From positions 18,166,001 to 18,230,000 of the forward strand of contig OZ059896.1 of NCBI GenBank assembly GCA_964057225.1: 64,000 bases of DNA, read 5' to 3'. The position numbers and the translations under genes were made by a program. The notes under the pieces are model-generated. The model had not been told where the DNA came from, searched no databases, and saw only the letters and a list, made by a program, of their open reading frames with translations. Origin of the DNA: Auanema rhodensis (Eukaryota; Animalia; Nematoda). Shown here piece by piece: positions 41,974 to 55,896 of this stretch. Position 1 is the stretch's first letter. Every line of letters begins with the position of its first letter.

Positions 41974-44900
41974 TTAAACATGGGGACTAGTGAGTGCATC
42001 TGGGAACCCGCTGAATAAAGTTTGTGGTGAAACGATCTGAATACCCATTTTGAATAAGCTTTGTCCAAGTGACGATGAAGGGTGCTGATCTGAATGATTT
42101 GTTAGTTACACCGGATATAAAGAGATTTAAAGTTACTTGACATGTAAATCAACCTCGTTTTCGGATGATGTTTGCGACAATTAAACATAGAAAGTTTTAA
42201 ACATTCAGAGATTTCCTGTAAATTAAAATTAGTATCCAGCTAACTGTAAGCAAGGTGAGCTCCAGCTAACTGTAAGCTAACTGTAAGCCTACATAATTGT
42301 TTTCATAGCGTTGGTTAAACTGCAAAAATTACCTTTTGTGTACGAACATGATTAACATCACAATCGTGTTCCACCATTACCCGCACTAATCCATTTCTTT
42401 CAAATTCCTTCAGCACTTCAAAATAGCCATTATAAGCATTTCTATTATTTTCATCAACCACTGATTTTCTAAAATTCACCATTTGCCAAATATTGCTGCT
42501 CATAACTACCAAACCTTTTGTGGTCTAATTGCTTATAACAATGTACGTGGAGGTGAATAAAATTTTTTTTATATTCATTATCTTTATGAGCATTAGACAG
42601 TTCCAATTTGGCACAGAACGATCGAAGATCTTCGGGATTTCTATAAAGACATATAACATGCTTGCGGTATTTCTGAACTTACAAGCAATGGGGATCAAAA
42701 CTTAAAATATCTGGAATAATTATATTTGCCCATTCAGCAGAATTCTGTACAGGAGAACCCCAAGATCGATTTGGAGAAGTTGGAATTGAGGACCAGTAGC
42801 GATTCGATTTGGAACTAACTACTGGGGATCCCACTGATCTCAAAGGGCTTGGACTAGTACTAAAACTTGTAGGCATAGGTTTTTCAGTTGTTTCCATATT
42901 GATCTAATCAGAAGAATTTGCAACTATTTTTATATTATATCAAACTTGAGAGGAAGGTATATTAATCGGTTGATCTCCTTCATCTTCACTAACAATTTCC
43001 CCATCTTCTTCTTCGTCTATAATATCAGGGGAAACTGAATTACTTTTTTCTGAATGCATGCACTTATTGAAGCAAAACAGATAGTTTCGATACCTGATAG
43101 CGGGATTGCTCTAGTACTAATAGTTGAAGATTCTTCAGCAAGGGGTGAAGCAGCTTGATCAGGTGAAGCTGGTCCAAAATCAGGAGATGCGGGAGATGGC
43201 AAAGTATCTATAGCAGAATCTATAGGAATAGATTTCCCCATGTGATGCTGACAACTTCCAGATGCTCGATTATCTCCAGCACATAAATCAGGTTCAGGCG
43301 ATGCAGGGGGAGGGCATTCAGTATAAGATGATGAATAGGAAGTATGCGGGATATCTTTCGAAAATCTTGAAGATGCGGGCGCCCCTATTTTGTTTTTATA
43401 TCCATATTTAGAAAATTGATTATGAATTCCCGAATTACTATATTTATGAAGAGTCTGAGTAACAGTATTTCCTGGGAAGTAAGATACTGCAGGCTGAAAC
43501 AAGATAAAACTAAAAAAAACTCGATTAATACAGCCGTACCATAGGTGGTGATGGTTGACTATGAGCTACAACATGATTATTATCATCGACTAACTTATTA
43601 CGTTGCTTATTCATAACTGAAAACAATGATAAAAAGTGTATGAAAACGAACAAAAAAAACGCACGGAGAGCCATCATCCTTTGACGAGCTTCTGCAGCAC
43701 CTCCGCCTATAGGAGTTCTACGAAGAGTTGAACTTTCAGGAGGTAAAGGATTTCGATCGGCCCCATTGAACTTGGGCTGATTAATATTCTTAATTATTAC
43801 AATTAGATACGTACGAACAAAATTATACCTGATCTTTCTTAATATTTGTTTCTAAACTTGGCTTTTTTTTTATTTCAAAAGAGATGAGCTTTTTCTTTGT
43901 TGGACATTTTTCAATTTTTAGGGGTGAATTTTCTTTTTGGGGTGAATTAGTTTCAATAGAATCAATGTTCTAAACACAAATTTGACAAAAATTAAGAAAT
44001 TATTTCTCGAATAAATAAAAATAGTACAGTACACTTACAGTCTGAACTTTCGGTCGAATATCAACATCCGCGACTGCTGGATTAGCAGGACTTACAGCAA
44101 CTGAAACATTTGTTGATGTGAAGAACAAAAACATTCGAATACCTGGAACAGGGGGAACATCGAAACGAGACTTTCTCTTAGATAAATCAATCGGTGTTGA
44201 TGTTGTTACTTGTGTAGGCTCTTCCCCAATTGTAGGAGGAACGGAATTGGCCAGAGATTCAAGTAAACTTGAAACGCTGTTATTCAATTCCATGGTGTCA
44301 TTGGATTGAATCTACAAATCAGATAGGGTTCAGATTATCACAACATAATAATAAACCTCAGAATCACGTTGATTGTTGTCTTTCTTAGCACCACCAAGAA
44401 TGTTTCTTAATAGTTCATCTACCTGACTCTCTTCTTCTTGATGTTGTGGCTTCAAAATGAAAAAAAATTGACAATAAATAAGGGGTTTTATTACCAATTC
44501 AACGATGCTCGGGTCAGAACTTTCAGATGACTCTTTACTTTCAGATTCATCCACTGAAAAAAAAGAATAGAAGAATATAATATTAAAATAATTACATTTT
44601 TCCTCAATTTCTTTAATAGGCTCCGGGTCAGGCTCAGGATCAACAATAGCTATATTAAATCTGCTGTCGTAATCTATATCATTCGGATCAACTACATCCT
44701 AGAAAAAAAAATAAGAATAGAAATTGTACTTTTCCGACTTTGTCTGTTACTGGAGAGAAACTGCGATTCTCTTCAGAATCGGATTCAATGTCCATATCCT
44801 CATCCTTTAATATTTTGGTACATTATCATAGGGTTATCTGAACAAACCTGTGGAGTACCGACGGAAGCTGCTTCTCGCGTGGAACAAGCATCCATCGGTT

Positions 44901-47498
44901 CAACAGGAACAATATTCTATAAATGAACAAAGTAATTGAAAAAGAGTCGTAATGTTATATTACCTCTTTAGAGGTACTAGGCAATTGGAAAGGTGTTAAT
45001 TCAGTAGGCGCTATTGCTGAAATAAGTACAGCTCGAAACCATAAAAGAACTAATAATCACCTCCATTTTGGGAATGAAGAGAACTTAAGGCATCCTGGAA
45101 AATACTGTTTATCTTCTGTGGAGGTTCATTAGAAGCAGAAGGACTGTTTACGCCATTAGCACTAGAAGGTGGTTGTGACAAAGTCTGTTAAATAACCTAT
45201 ATTTCTGGAGAATTGTATCAAAGCTAACTTGTTTATCATGCTCGAGCTCTTTCTTCAGTAATGCTTTTACAGAAATTTGATCAGCTGATCGTTCCTTGTC
45301 GAATTGGGAAATATTAGAAAGAGGAAGTCCACAATAATCAGCCCAACGTATTCTTCTCTTTACCGGCTTTTCAATTTGAATCAAACTTCCTTTATTTTTT
45401 CCTTTACGAGCAGCTTCTTCGTCTTTCTTGGATAAAATGCCTAAATCACAATGCTATTTCATTTGGACTAAAGTAACTTACTCTTAACTCCTGCAGGGAT
45501 AACGTAAGGTTTGAACGCTGGTGTTTCAACTCGAGAAGGTGCTTAAATATTAAGTATAAAACAGAAAAGCTATAAACGTTTACCTCTAATTGGTCCTACT
45601 GAAGAGGGTAAAGTTTGCATAGCGTTTCGCAGCCTAATACTATATGAAGCAGCAAACTCATGACAATGCTTTATGAAGACCTCTGTATTACCATCGACTA
45701 ATACAGCATTTTCAATATTTGCTTGAGAAAGCTCCCTTAATAATGAAAATTCAGATAAGGAGAAACAGTTATAATTTTACTTTTCATTTTGCCATGCTTT
45801 ATACATATCATCTTTGGAGCCTACTAAACTCAAATTTTTCCTTAGAAATACAGCATGCAACAGATTATCAGTTGAATAGTATGGAAAACCCATACGGGAA
45901 CTCAATTCCCCTTGTGGAATGAGAAATACTAAATAACTTGATTCAGCATATCCAACAGCACACTGAAAATGTCATAAAAAATGAATTTATAGAATAAAAT
46001 GGAATACCAAACGCTTTTCGACCATATTTTCGACTTTTTTAACAAAATCGATGTTAGTTGATTTATACAAGTAATGAGCAGCAAACCAACAATCATTATC
46101 ATCAAGCTGAAGTAATATTTATTTCATGAACATATTCCTTTCCGAAGAAGTTTAAAATACCTGGATGGATATTTCTTTCGTTAATAAAACATGTCCCCAA
46201 TATTTATTTTCAAGAAGCATTTTAAACGCGGGATGGGTGAGTGCATCTTTCCAAAAACAGAACTGCTTGATTTTGAAATCATTCCTTAAATTTTAAAATT
46301 ATAGATTTGTATTTGTAAAAAGCAATTCTTACAGTAATACTGGTCTCACAGCATATAAATTATCACATATGGAGCTAAGCTCGAACTTTTCTTTAAAGAT
46401 ACCGTTGTTCCAAGTGCTTTTACATACTTCTTCACAACCACTATACCCGCTAAAACCAAACAAGATGCTAAAGCAAAATTGTTTCTTATGCTAACCTGAT
46501 ATGATATCGATGACATGGAAGACTTTTAAAAGAAGATGATAAAATGAGATCAAACACCGCATAAGGCCATGTACCAGAAGGAATTTGTTCCGAAATTCCA
46601 TTACCGTTTAGCTCGTAGTAAAAAACCTAAAGTTGCTATCAAAATAGTTTCATTTAATATTCACTTACAAGACTATTCCTAAACTTAACATATCTGTTAC
46701 TACGATTGCTCCGTCCTGGAGCTGAATCAGATACCAAACAGTTAAAATCAGGAGATAACACGTTTTTAGCACCAAGTGAAATTTTTTTCTGCCGTCCTCT
46801 GCAAAAGGATAGCATTACTTTCATTAAAAAAAACCTTTTAACTTACTTTACAGTTTTAAAAAGAACAATTCGAAGCGGAATGTCTTTATAAAATAGAGCA
46901 GGGGTAACGAGATCAGGATTAGTAGAAAGATAAACTCCTTTAAGAAAACGCAAAATAAATATCATTATGTTAAGTTTATACCATGCTCCGCTTTTCCTAA
47001 TTCGCTAAAATATGAAGAATTTGTATGATATCCATTCCTTAATATATCATCAACCTGAAAACAATTGTTATATGTTATTGAACAAGCAGTTCACTTGTTG
47101 AGTTGCAACTGGTGCATGAAGGAATCCCCAAGATTCCAAATCCGAATAGCCATTCGCTTTTATTTTCGATTTATGATTCAGGAACTAAAGAGAACATGTT
47201 TTAGTATGTTCTTAAATTATTATACTAGCCTTCCGTTCTAGCTTTTTGTTAATAACTTTTCGGACATTCTGAAGTGATAAAGCCGAACGCAATCTGGTTT
47301 CAGATAAACATTTGAAAACCACAGATTCTATTTCTTTAAAGGTGGAGCTATTCGGTGCAGTATCAATGAAGCGAACGTCATCCCCTGTTAAATATAATTT
47401 AGATTGAATAAAGTATAACAAAACAACTCACCACTGAGATCAGAAGAATTATCTAAGGCTCTTTTCTTTTTTGGAATGGTAAATGGAAGATTCGACAT
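41974..47498 (-). CDS. TASOR: TASOR/FAM208-like protein: DUF3715 pseudo-PARP, SPOC, low-complexity linker, PIN-like domain
   Basis: N-terminus FTIPKKK...RKVINKKLERKF...ESWGFL...ELGKAEHGVYLSTNPDL...IVLFKTVKGR...VFYYE...WPYAV; SPOC end LVFLIP...LLHAVFL; C-terminus EFERNGLVRVMVEHDCD...RLIYMS...MGIQIVSPQTLF. Motif order is colinear with vertebrate TASOR as recalled. Confidence 0.8.
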
Positions 47499-48646
47499 CT
47501 AAAGAAAATACTTTTTTTTTTTTTTTTTTCTTGAATTACTTTTTGATATCAATAAAATCCTATATTCTGATATTGAAAATATTATTATAAGGGTAGGATT
47601 ATAAAAACATCCCTACTGATCAGCAGGATAGTAGCCTGAAATAGAAAAATCTACTTTAAATGTCCCATTGCATTTTTGACAAGCAATCAAAAACTCTGCT
47701 AGGCGCACATGCCATGCCTATGGCTCGACAAGAAAATGTCTCGAGTACGCAAAGAGCGTTACATTTCACGAAAAGACTTTGCCGTTTACCAAACTATGAT
47801 CAATTGGTCAAAAACTTGACAAATTGTTGAGATGCCATAAATTTTTTTCTAAGAACAATCACACTATTTTCTACGGACAGATGATATGTGAATTTTGACA
47901 AATTGCTCATTATAATGAAATATTAAACAACGATTTCATAATACTATATAACAAATAAATTAGCATATAACGAAGAAATACAAATTCAATAACTAACAGT
48001 TCTTAAATTCATTTGAAAAATCTGCAAAATTGTTCTTCAAACAATTAAACGCAGTCTTATCGAGGTTAGCGTTTCAATTTTTTTTCGTATGACGAAGAGA
48101 AGAGCATGGCCGATGAATCACCTTATGTGTGGATATTGGTAGCAATCATGTTACATTATTTCGATAAAAGTCGATAATAAAAGATTTCTTGTCAGAGAAA
48201 TGTTTTGATTTGTATTATGTATAGCTTTTAAACTGTGGTATTTTCTATAAGAATTTTGAAAAATGTGATGTAATTAAAGTTTCGATCGTCTTTTGCTCTT
48301 TCATAAAATGCAACTAGTCTTTGAATCACGTGGTATTGACTGGAAAGTTCACGTATGCAAAAAGGTCACGTCAACAATGAACATGTTCGAACTCATTTTC
48401 ATTATATAATATTACCAGTATTTTTGAGCTATACATAAGATTTGCATATGATCCGTTTCTGTCTAATATCATGCAACTTTGTCATATATGTACTACTGAA
48501 TTAAGAAACGTTTTGAATATATAGGTTTTATAAATCATGAAAAAGTAAAAGACAAAGAGTTGTAAGAGAGAGCAACAGTCTAGATCTTCATTTGGTGACA
48601 GTTCAATGTATACAACAGGTACAAATTGCTACTTCATTCTGCCAAA

Positions 48647-48931
48647 TCATCGCCGTCGTCCTATCCTCATTAGATTTCCAAGGTGGCAGTCTGCACATTC
48701 TTTCTTTTCAGCACGCTTTCCCAGTCGCATCATATTCGACAAACTGGCTCTCTTCCAATAACGATATTCCGGATCGGTTCTTAAATAATACATCATTAAA
48801 TCAGCTAAAACAATTTTAGAAGTAAGTCTGGAAGATTTAACTCACTCATAATCCGATGACGTAGGAACAAAAAGTTGTGATTGGACCGAAGCGAAAATAA
48901 CGGCGAAAATAATCATGAGAATGAACTTCAT
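48647..48931 (-). CDS. nlp-17: Neuropeptide precursor NLP-17 (MRxamide)
   Basis: Signal peptide followed by KR-ASLSNMMRLG-KR and ECADCHLGNLMRIG-RRR, matching the NLP-17 peptides GSLSNMMRIG and CESCNLGTLMRIG. Confidence 0.9.
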
Positions 48932-50621
48932 ACCGCTAGTTCTGTAACAATTTCACTTTTGAATTTGAGTTCATCAATATAATGAACTTCTATGTAGATT
49001 ATATAAACAATTATAGAGTTTAATTTCATAATTATATTTCACATATTAGATATTAGGGGGAGATAATTATTATTAGCTAATAAAAAACTTTTCTCGTCAT
49101 TCTGGAATATTTAATGCCACCAAATGATCCATAATCGTTGGCACAAATATTCTCGGTACTAAAGATGTTTAAAATAGATCTGGAGTTTCTAGTAACAGGG
49201 AGAGAGAGAGAGATATTTCTTCTATAGATATGACAACAGAAAGTTTTAAATTAAATTTTTATGAATTATAGCAATTTAACTTTTGAAATATATATCGAGT
49301 TTGAAATAATGATGTACAGCTAGGAAATCTTGAAAACATGTTCATAAAAGCTTATGTCTGAATTAAAAAAGTAGAAAATACAAGAATATTTCGCATACGA
49401 GTGTTGGGAGCAAGAATTTTGTTGCAAAATATAAATATAAGTAAAGTTTAAGAAAAGAAGCTTGCAAAAAATTTCCACATTTTTGTAAAAAATTGTAAAG
49501 TCTTCTCCATAATAAGATATTGGTAAAATTATTTCTTTTCGAAAAGAAAAGAATTATAAGTTTAAAAAATATGCTTAGATGGGTGGAGAAGCGGTAACTA
49601 CTGGAAAATGCCTCTGTTTCTGTATGATAGAAAAAGTACCGCCTCTCCCAGTGTGAATAATTGCTGAAGCTCATTTGGAGAAGGCAGAGCACACACGTTT
49701 ATTAGATAATGAGACAGTTTTCGCATTACTAATGCTTTGACTGCAGAACAGATGAGTTTGGGTATAACAGTGAGAAAAAAAAGCTATGGCGGTTGAAGTA
49801 TTTGATATAAAGAGAAAACTAACAAGATTTAGTTTTTCCAAGTTCAGGTGTTCTGAGCTACTGACGTATTACCAAGGATAAATTAAATAGGAGACAGGTC
49901 CGATTTGATGTATATGTAGTACCCGAAATATCAGCAGTACCTCCTTGAGATAATTGGTTCACGAAGGTTGCTTGAATATTTCATGCGATACTAAAATAAA
50001 TAATAAAAAAATTAATCATATAAATCAGAGTATATCAAAGACCTTCTTATAAATGCAGATTAACTTTTACGTTCATGTGCATATTTTTGATTTTTTATCA
50101 TCTTCACAATGAATTACTATTACAGCCAGACTACTATACCGCATTTCTATAGATAACCTTTTTCAAGATGTCGTTGATATCAATTGTCCAAAAATAGCAT
50201 TTTGGTATCCTTATTGACTCGTAAGTATTTTCATTAACACTCAGATTTGCAACCTATGTAGATCAGGTACTAATTTTATCAGTTTCACTTCCTTCTCCAG
50301 CAATAAAAGTTTTTACATCTACAGCTTAACAGTGCACAGCATCCTCGCGACCAGACGTCAGAACAAAAATATTAACGCACAATAATTTATTTTAAGCATT
50401 TGATGTATCTATTTTTGCCTAGTTTAGAAGTCAATTAGGAAGTATGCATTTCAAATAATATTTTTGTGTCATTGAATAGCTTTATATAAAATTTAAGTAT
50501 GGTTCCTTTTATCATCTATCAGCTATTTTAATGTTACAACATATGCATTGCATGCGTTAGTAGTGCTGTATGAGCCGGCCTTTTCAAGCATTCTTTTGTT
50601 TTGTTTTTTTTTGTTTTCAGA

Positions 50622-52381
50622 ATGTCAACAGCTTTATCTTCTACACGAACTTCACAGCGAAGGTCTCTTTCCTCTTTTTCAAGCTCAACATCATTTTCTC
50701 ATGCTATGAGTAGCATTGATAATAGTAAGCCTGCTGTTGTCATTGAAATAGGAACAAATTTAACCAAGTGAGCTCATATATTGTCAGAACACAACAACAA
50801 TACTTTTACAGATGTGGTTTTGCTGGTGAGAAAGTTCCTCGAATTGTTCGAACACAATTCAGAGATGAGCTACTAAAAGTTCAAAAGAGCTTGTTCAATG
50901 AAAACAAAACAACAGTTGAGCCAAATATTAAAAGTATTTTCAAATTTTTCAAATATTTATTCTATAAGTATGTTTGAATGAATATACATGTAGCTTAATT
51001 TATTAATTAATATTCAGTGTTTTGATCACAATGCCTCGTGAGCGTAGAGTAATAATTGTTGAAAGTGTGTTTTCTCCCATTGAAGTGCGTCAAGCTATAT
51101 GCAAGGTAATTGGACTTTTAGATGATTTCAGTACTTTGATTGATTTAAAAATGTTTGTGTTCAACTAAATCAATTTAGGTTTTACTTGATATTTTGCATG
51201 TTCCTTCCGTGTTGTTCATGCCTAGTCATTTGTGTGCAACATTTCCTTTCAATACGAAAAATGCTTTGGTGTTAGATATTGGAGTTAATGAATCTTCGGT
51301 CATTCCTGTAAGCTTCACTTTGCATCTTTTCTCAGGCACTACGAATAATTCTTTTTGAAGATTGCTGAAGGCGTAACAATGCTAAATAATTGGTATATCT
51401 CCCCAGTAGGATACAAGATGCTAGCGGAGAATGTTAAAAATTTAATGTACGAGCATGGAGCAATTATTGAAATTGATGGAGGTGAAAGGAAGTTAACGGA
51501 TGAAGATTGGCTTTATGTTGTCGTTAGTATTTATTTTTTTTGTTTTTGATCTAATTTCATTAACATAGGAGAACGACATTCTCGAACAAATCATATGTCG
51601 GACCTTGTTTTGTACTACGAAAGAAAGAAGCTTGTTGATACAAAAGGCAATTACCAATATTTAAATTTCCAGTTATGTATGCTGTTCAGGGAGAAGAATC
51701 CTTGTTAAGTCCGATTCCTGCTGCTTATGAAATTCCAATTCGAACTGAAAAGCTTAAAGTGCCCGGAATCGTCAGGTACTCAGCGCAAAAAGTTTCAAAT
51801 ACTTTTAATTCATTCAGAGAGTCAGCTTGTGAAATATTTTTCGAATTCAAAGCTAATGATGACCCACCAATCCACATACTCATAAATCGTGTAATTGACA
51901 CTGTAATTTTTAAAAATTCAATATTTTTTATACTTACAAATTATATCAGGTCCCGATAGATTTGAGAAAATCTATGTATTCTGGAATTCTCATAACGGGA
52001 GGGATATCCTTGATTCCCGGCTTTATGAGTCGGTTGAAAGTAAAACTTTCTTTTTTTCATGTATTCATAAATATACTTTTAGGAAGAATTATTATTATGT
52101 ACCAGTAACAAAGAAAACAAGGCGAATAGTGAAGTCAAGTTTTACTTATTCAGTGATCAACCAACACCACTTTATCAAAATTGGCTAGGAGGTTAGTCAT
52201 TCAGACTTCTATTCTTTATTATGATTTTGTCTCTTAAGGTAGTTTGTTTGGTGGACTACAAGATGCTGTTCAATTACGGTCATTAACACGAGATCAATGG
52301 TTATGTAAGCCTGTAGTTCCTGATTGGACTGATTATGTTGAACATAATATTAAATGTGGAAAAGTTGATATGAATAGTTAA
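50622..52381 (+). CDS. arp-11: Dynactin actin-related protein ACTR10/Arp11
   Basis: AVVIEIGTNLTKCGFAGE, PRERRVIIVESVF, LFMPSHLCA, ALVLDIG, PIDLRK, WLGGSLFG, VPDW. Confidence 0.9.
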
Positions 52382-52587
52382 AAAGATTTATTTCACTGTT
52401 TAATGTATGTATGCTGTATTTATATAATAGTAATTATTACAGATAATTGACCTGTGAAAGTTTTACTTGTAATTTTCAAAGATACTACACGCATTGTGTT
52501 TCTATGGGTATCACAGTGTAATAAATAAGTTATTACTTACAAAAAGAATAAAAAATTGTTGTTCACATAGTAGTAGGGTAGTAATAA

Positions 52588-53630
52588 TTAGTTTGAGGAG
52601 GGATTTTCAGCCTTTTCATTCCTATTTTGGCTCCTAACGTTTTTAATGCTTGAATAAATCCTCCGAAGAAAACTGGGCAAAAAAGCATGCTGAGAGTCCC
52701 CATAGATCGTGAAATGTAGATAAGATAACGGAACATTTGCCAAGATTGAAGAAACGGTATCTGAAAAATTATACATAAAGATTGAAGATTGAGCTACACA
52801 GCTAATTGTAACCTGTAACATTATAATGCCAACAATAGCTAGATAATGAATTTCGCCAAGTAATCCTAAGAAGTGAAAGATATTTTGCGAGTCGGAAAAC
52901 ATATCCGATGATTTGATATTTAAAAGCTTCTTTAAGTAAAAATTTTCAATACTAATATACAAGTTTTCATATAAATATACCTGATAAGAAAGTCGACAGG
53001 GTGGTAGTAGCTTCATTCGTAGAGCAACTATTGTAACCGTTGTTAGAGCTAATAAGGTTATTAATGATATTTCCATGAACGATCTTTCTATACAATATAA
53101 AAATGTAACATCCAACAAAAGCAGAATTACTAGTAAGCTTATTAATTCCGATCGGGGCAAAATATACTCTGAAATGTGTAGCACTTGTCTTCTAATTTAA
53201 ATTAATCATATCATCTTCATGGTGTACTTTTAAATAGCAAAATCCATCAAAGTTAAACATCAGAATTACAATATGTTTTTTGAATAAAAGGCCTGGAAGA
53301 TTTAACTAACCCTGTTTATTCCCTGACCAAGTAAATTCCAGTATTATCAAAGCAGTGCATATTGATAACAACACAGCATGCGCATCATTTGAAGTGCTTG
53401 TAAAATCTGAAGGTTTTGCATGACGAATAGCTTCTGTTTTGATATTTGAATTTGACTGACAACTACAATGACAGTTACAAAGTGATATTACCTGTTCCGG
53501 ATGTTGCATAGTTAACAAGAACCCAATGTAAAGCTAAAATTCCTCTAACGGTGGTTGTAAAAAATGGACAAGCAAGCGAGCTAGCCGTCGCAACAAAAAG
53601 CAATAATCCAGCACACCAACTTGATACCAT
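52588..53630 (-). CDS. Uncharacterised multi-pass membrane protein
   Basis: Several hydrophobic exons flanked by GT/AG; exact exon joins not resolved. Confidence 0.5.
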
Positions 53631-54975
53631 TACATATTATCTTTAATTAATTTATGTTTATACAATTTATATAATATGTAAAGACATCTACGATTAGCAA
53701 TAGAATGACAAAAAATTAAAAAACAATTTTAAAATTTTAAATATTTATACTGAAATGACCTTGGAGAGTATAGGTTAAACGTAATTTGTAAATGTGCCAA
53801 CATCAGTACAGAGATAGATTTTCACAATAACGATACTTTAAAATCCGAAAATCAAAACTTTTCCTTTTGAAATAACATATGTTAATGAAACTCAAATGAT
53901 ATGTCAAGTAGTAACACGCAGAGAAGATCAATTACTCGCTGAATTGGAGAGCTTCAAAATCAATTTCCCCTTTGCCAAACTCCAATGCAAACACCAAAAA
54001 AGAACAAATTTCAAGCATTTTCGCATTTGAAATGAACGAAATGGCTATAATACAGTTCAAATGAACATTGTATGAATCAGAAGAATCATTTCATCTGCAC
54101 TCTGATAGATTCTCTCTCCATTTCTCTTTTTCTCTCATGTCCTAAGAGTATAGAGCGTAGTCATATTGATCCTTCTCTTATCCTCTCGTTTTCTCTCCCC
54201 TCTATGTAGTCTAACTAACAAAAGGTTTGTATAAAATATAACTGACACTAGTCAATAACTCAAGAGTCAATATCATGGTTATAATGAAGTTAAGCAGTTG
54301 TATACAATCAAATCTAATTTACTTCAAAATATTTAAACTGCAAAAGAAGTTTTAATGATTTTTGAATCTTTCTGTTTTCAAATGTCATAAACTTTACCGT
54401 ATTGTGTACTTTAACCAATTCTTAGCAGATATTGATCATTCTACGAAAATTGATACAAAGAGTAGAATATTTGTTGTTTATGACAATAATTCTACTATTT
54501 CGAGTTATAAAGACTGAGATCAGTGAATAAGCTGTCTTGTTAACTTTTGAAACATGTTCTTAGCTTCCACTAAATACAGCATTGTTAAAGTTTTTGAAGG
54601 AACATACGCAACTAAACAAAAAAAGGATTGTTTAACAGAAAAAAACTTAGTTCCAGAACAAAAATTTATTTGCAAATAGCCGGAAAAAAGAGTGAGGTTC
54701 AAGCATAATTGCTAATCACAAGGTAATAGTTACTACCCCTATGCAGAAAGAGAATGAAACGTTTGGGAGAGAGCAAGAGAAATACTCAGATATTCAAACA
54801 TAGTTTACAGAAAATAATATAATATATTACAAGGTAAGGTTAAAAAGTTAAAATGAAGGAAAGTAAGGGAAAAGCATGGTGAGTTGTATGTATATTTGAG
54901 CTGATTCTGCTGAGCAAATATCTAACAAAATATCATTATATATATGTATAGTATAAGTATTTGTAATATAAGCAT

Positions 54976-55621
54976 TTATTGGGGCTTGTTTTCTGGCTCA
55001 GGAGCTGGTGCAGCTGCAGAACTTGGTTGAGCAGAACTTGCAGACGTAGTAATAACCTTGATAGGAATAGTCCGAAGTGGAGAAGCTTCCTGGAAGAAAC
55101 AGATTATCGATTGATACTATTGAAGGTATAACAAACATACCCTTTTGGGTGGTAATGCGACAACTGTTAAAACTCCATCAGACGTTAAGTTGGAATTGAC
55201 TGCTTCAGGTTGAACACCTTTGGGGAGAGCGAATTTGCGGCAAAAACTTTTGGAAATCAATCCCAAGTCGTCCTTCTTATCAGAGAATGATCCTTCGATG
55301 ACAATTTGATCCCCAATGACAGAAACTTTCAGGTCTTCAGGAGAATAATCGCGTACATCGATAGTAGCATGGAAAGAGTCGTCAGCAACTCTGACGGATT
55401 CAGAAGCAGCATAGTTTTGGGTTGATGGGAAAGTTAATCCTTGAAGAAGATCACTCTAGAAGAAGAAAGCAAAGAAATACAGAATAGTATGTATTTAAAT
55501 TTACTGGTAAATTAGTGAAGTGAGAAGCCATTGGATGAGAAATACGAATTCGTGGTGTTTCCTCAATAATTTTCTTCTCATAAGTACGGTTGTAAGATGA
55601 AGAATGATTGAAAGTAGACAT
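54976..55621 (-). CDS. Small heat-shock protein (alpha-crystallin domain)
   Basis: FHATIDVRDYSPEDLKVSV...FCRKFALPKGVQPEAVNSNLTSDGVLTV and the IxI motif RTIPIK; three exons. Confidence 0.93.
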
Positions 55622-55881
55622 CTTTTATAAAACTGAAATAATGTGAAAAATGAAAAAGAGAATAATCTATAAAGCTTATTGCAAAAGAAAAAAAGTGAAG
55701 GTTATTGATAGAATATAGATGGAGTTATGACTAAATCTATTTTTGTGAAGAAAAAAAAACACAAAGCTAATATGACAAGAACTGATAAGAAAAAAAAACG
55801 TCTAAAGTGTAGAAATATCTATAAATCTAATGGAATATTAAAGAAATAGAAACAAACTCAAAATACATTTCCATGACTCTT

Positions 55882-55896
55882 CGAACGTTCTCGAAC
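55882..55896. promoter_or_regulatory. Heat-shock element (HSF-1 site)
   Basis: Perfect three-unit array cGAAc gTTCt cGAAc about 260 bp upstream of the sHSP ATG. Confidence 0.85.
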
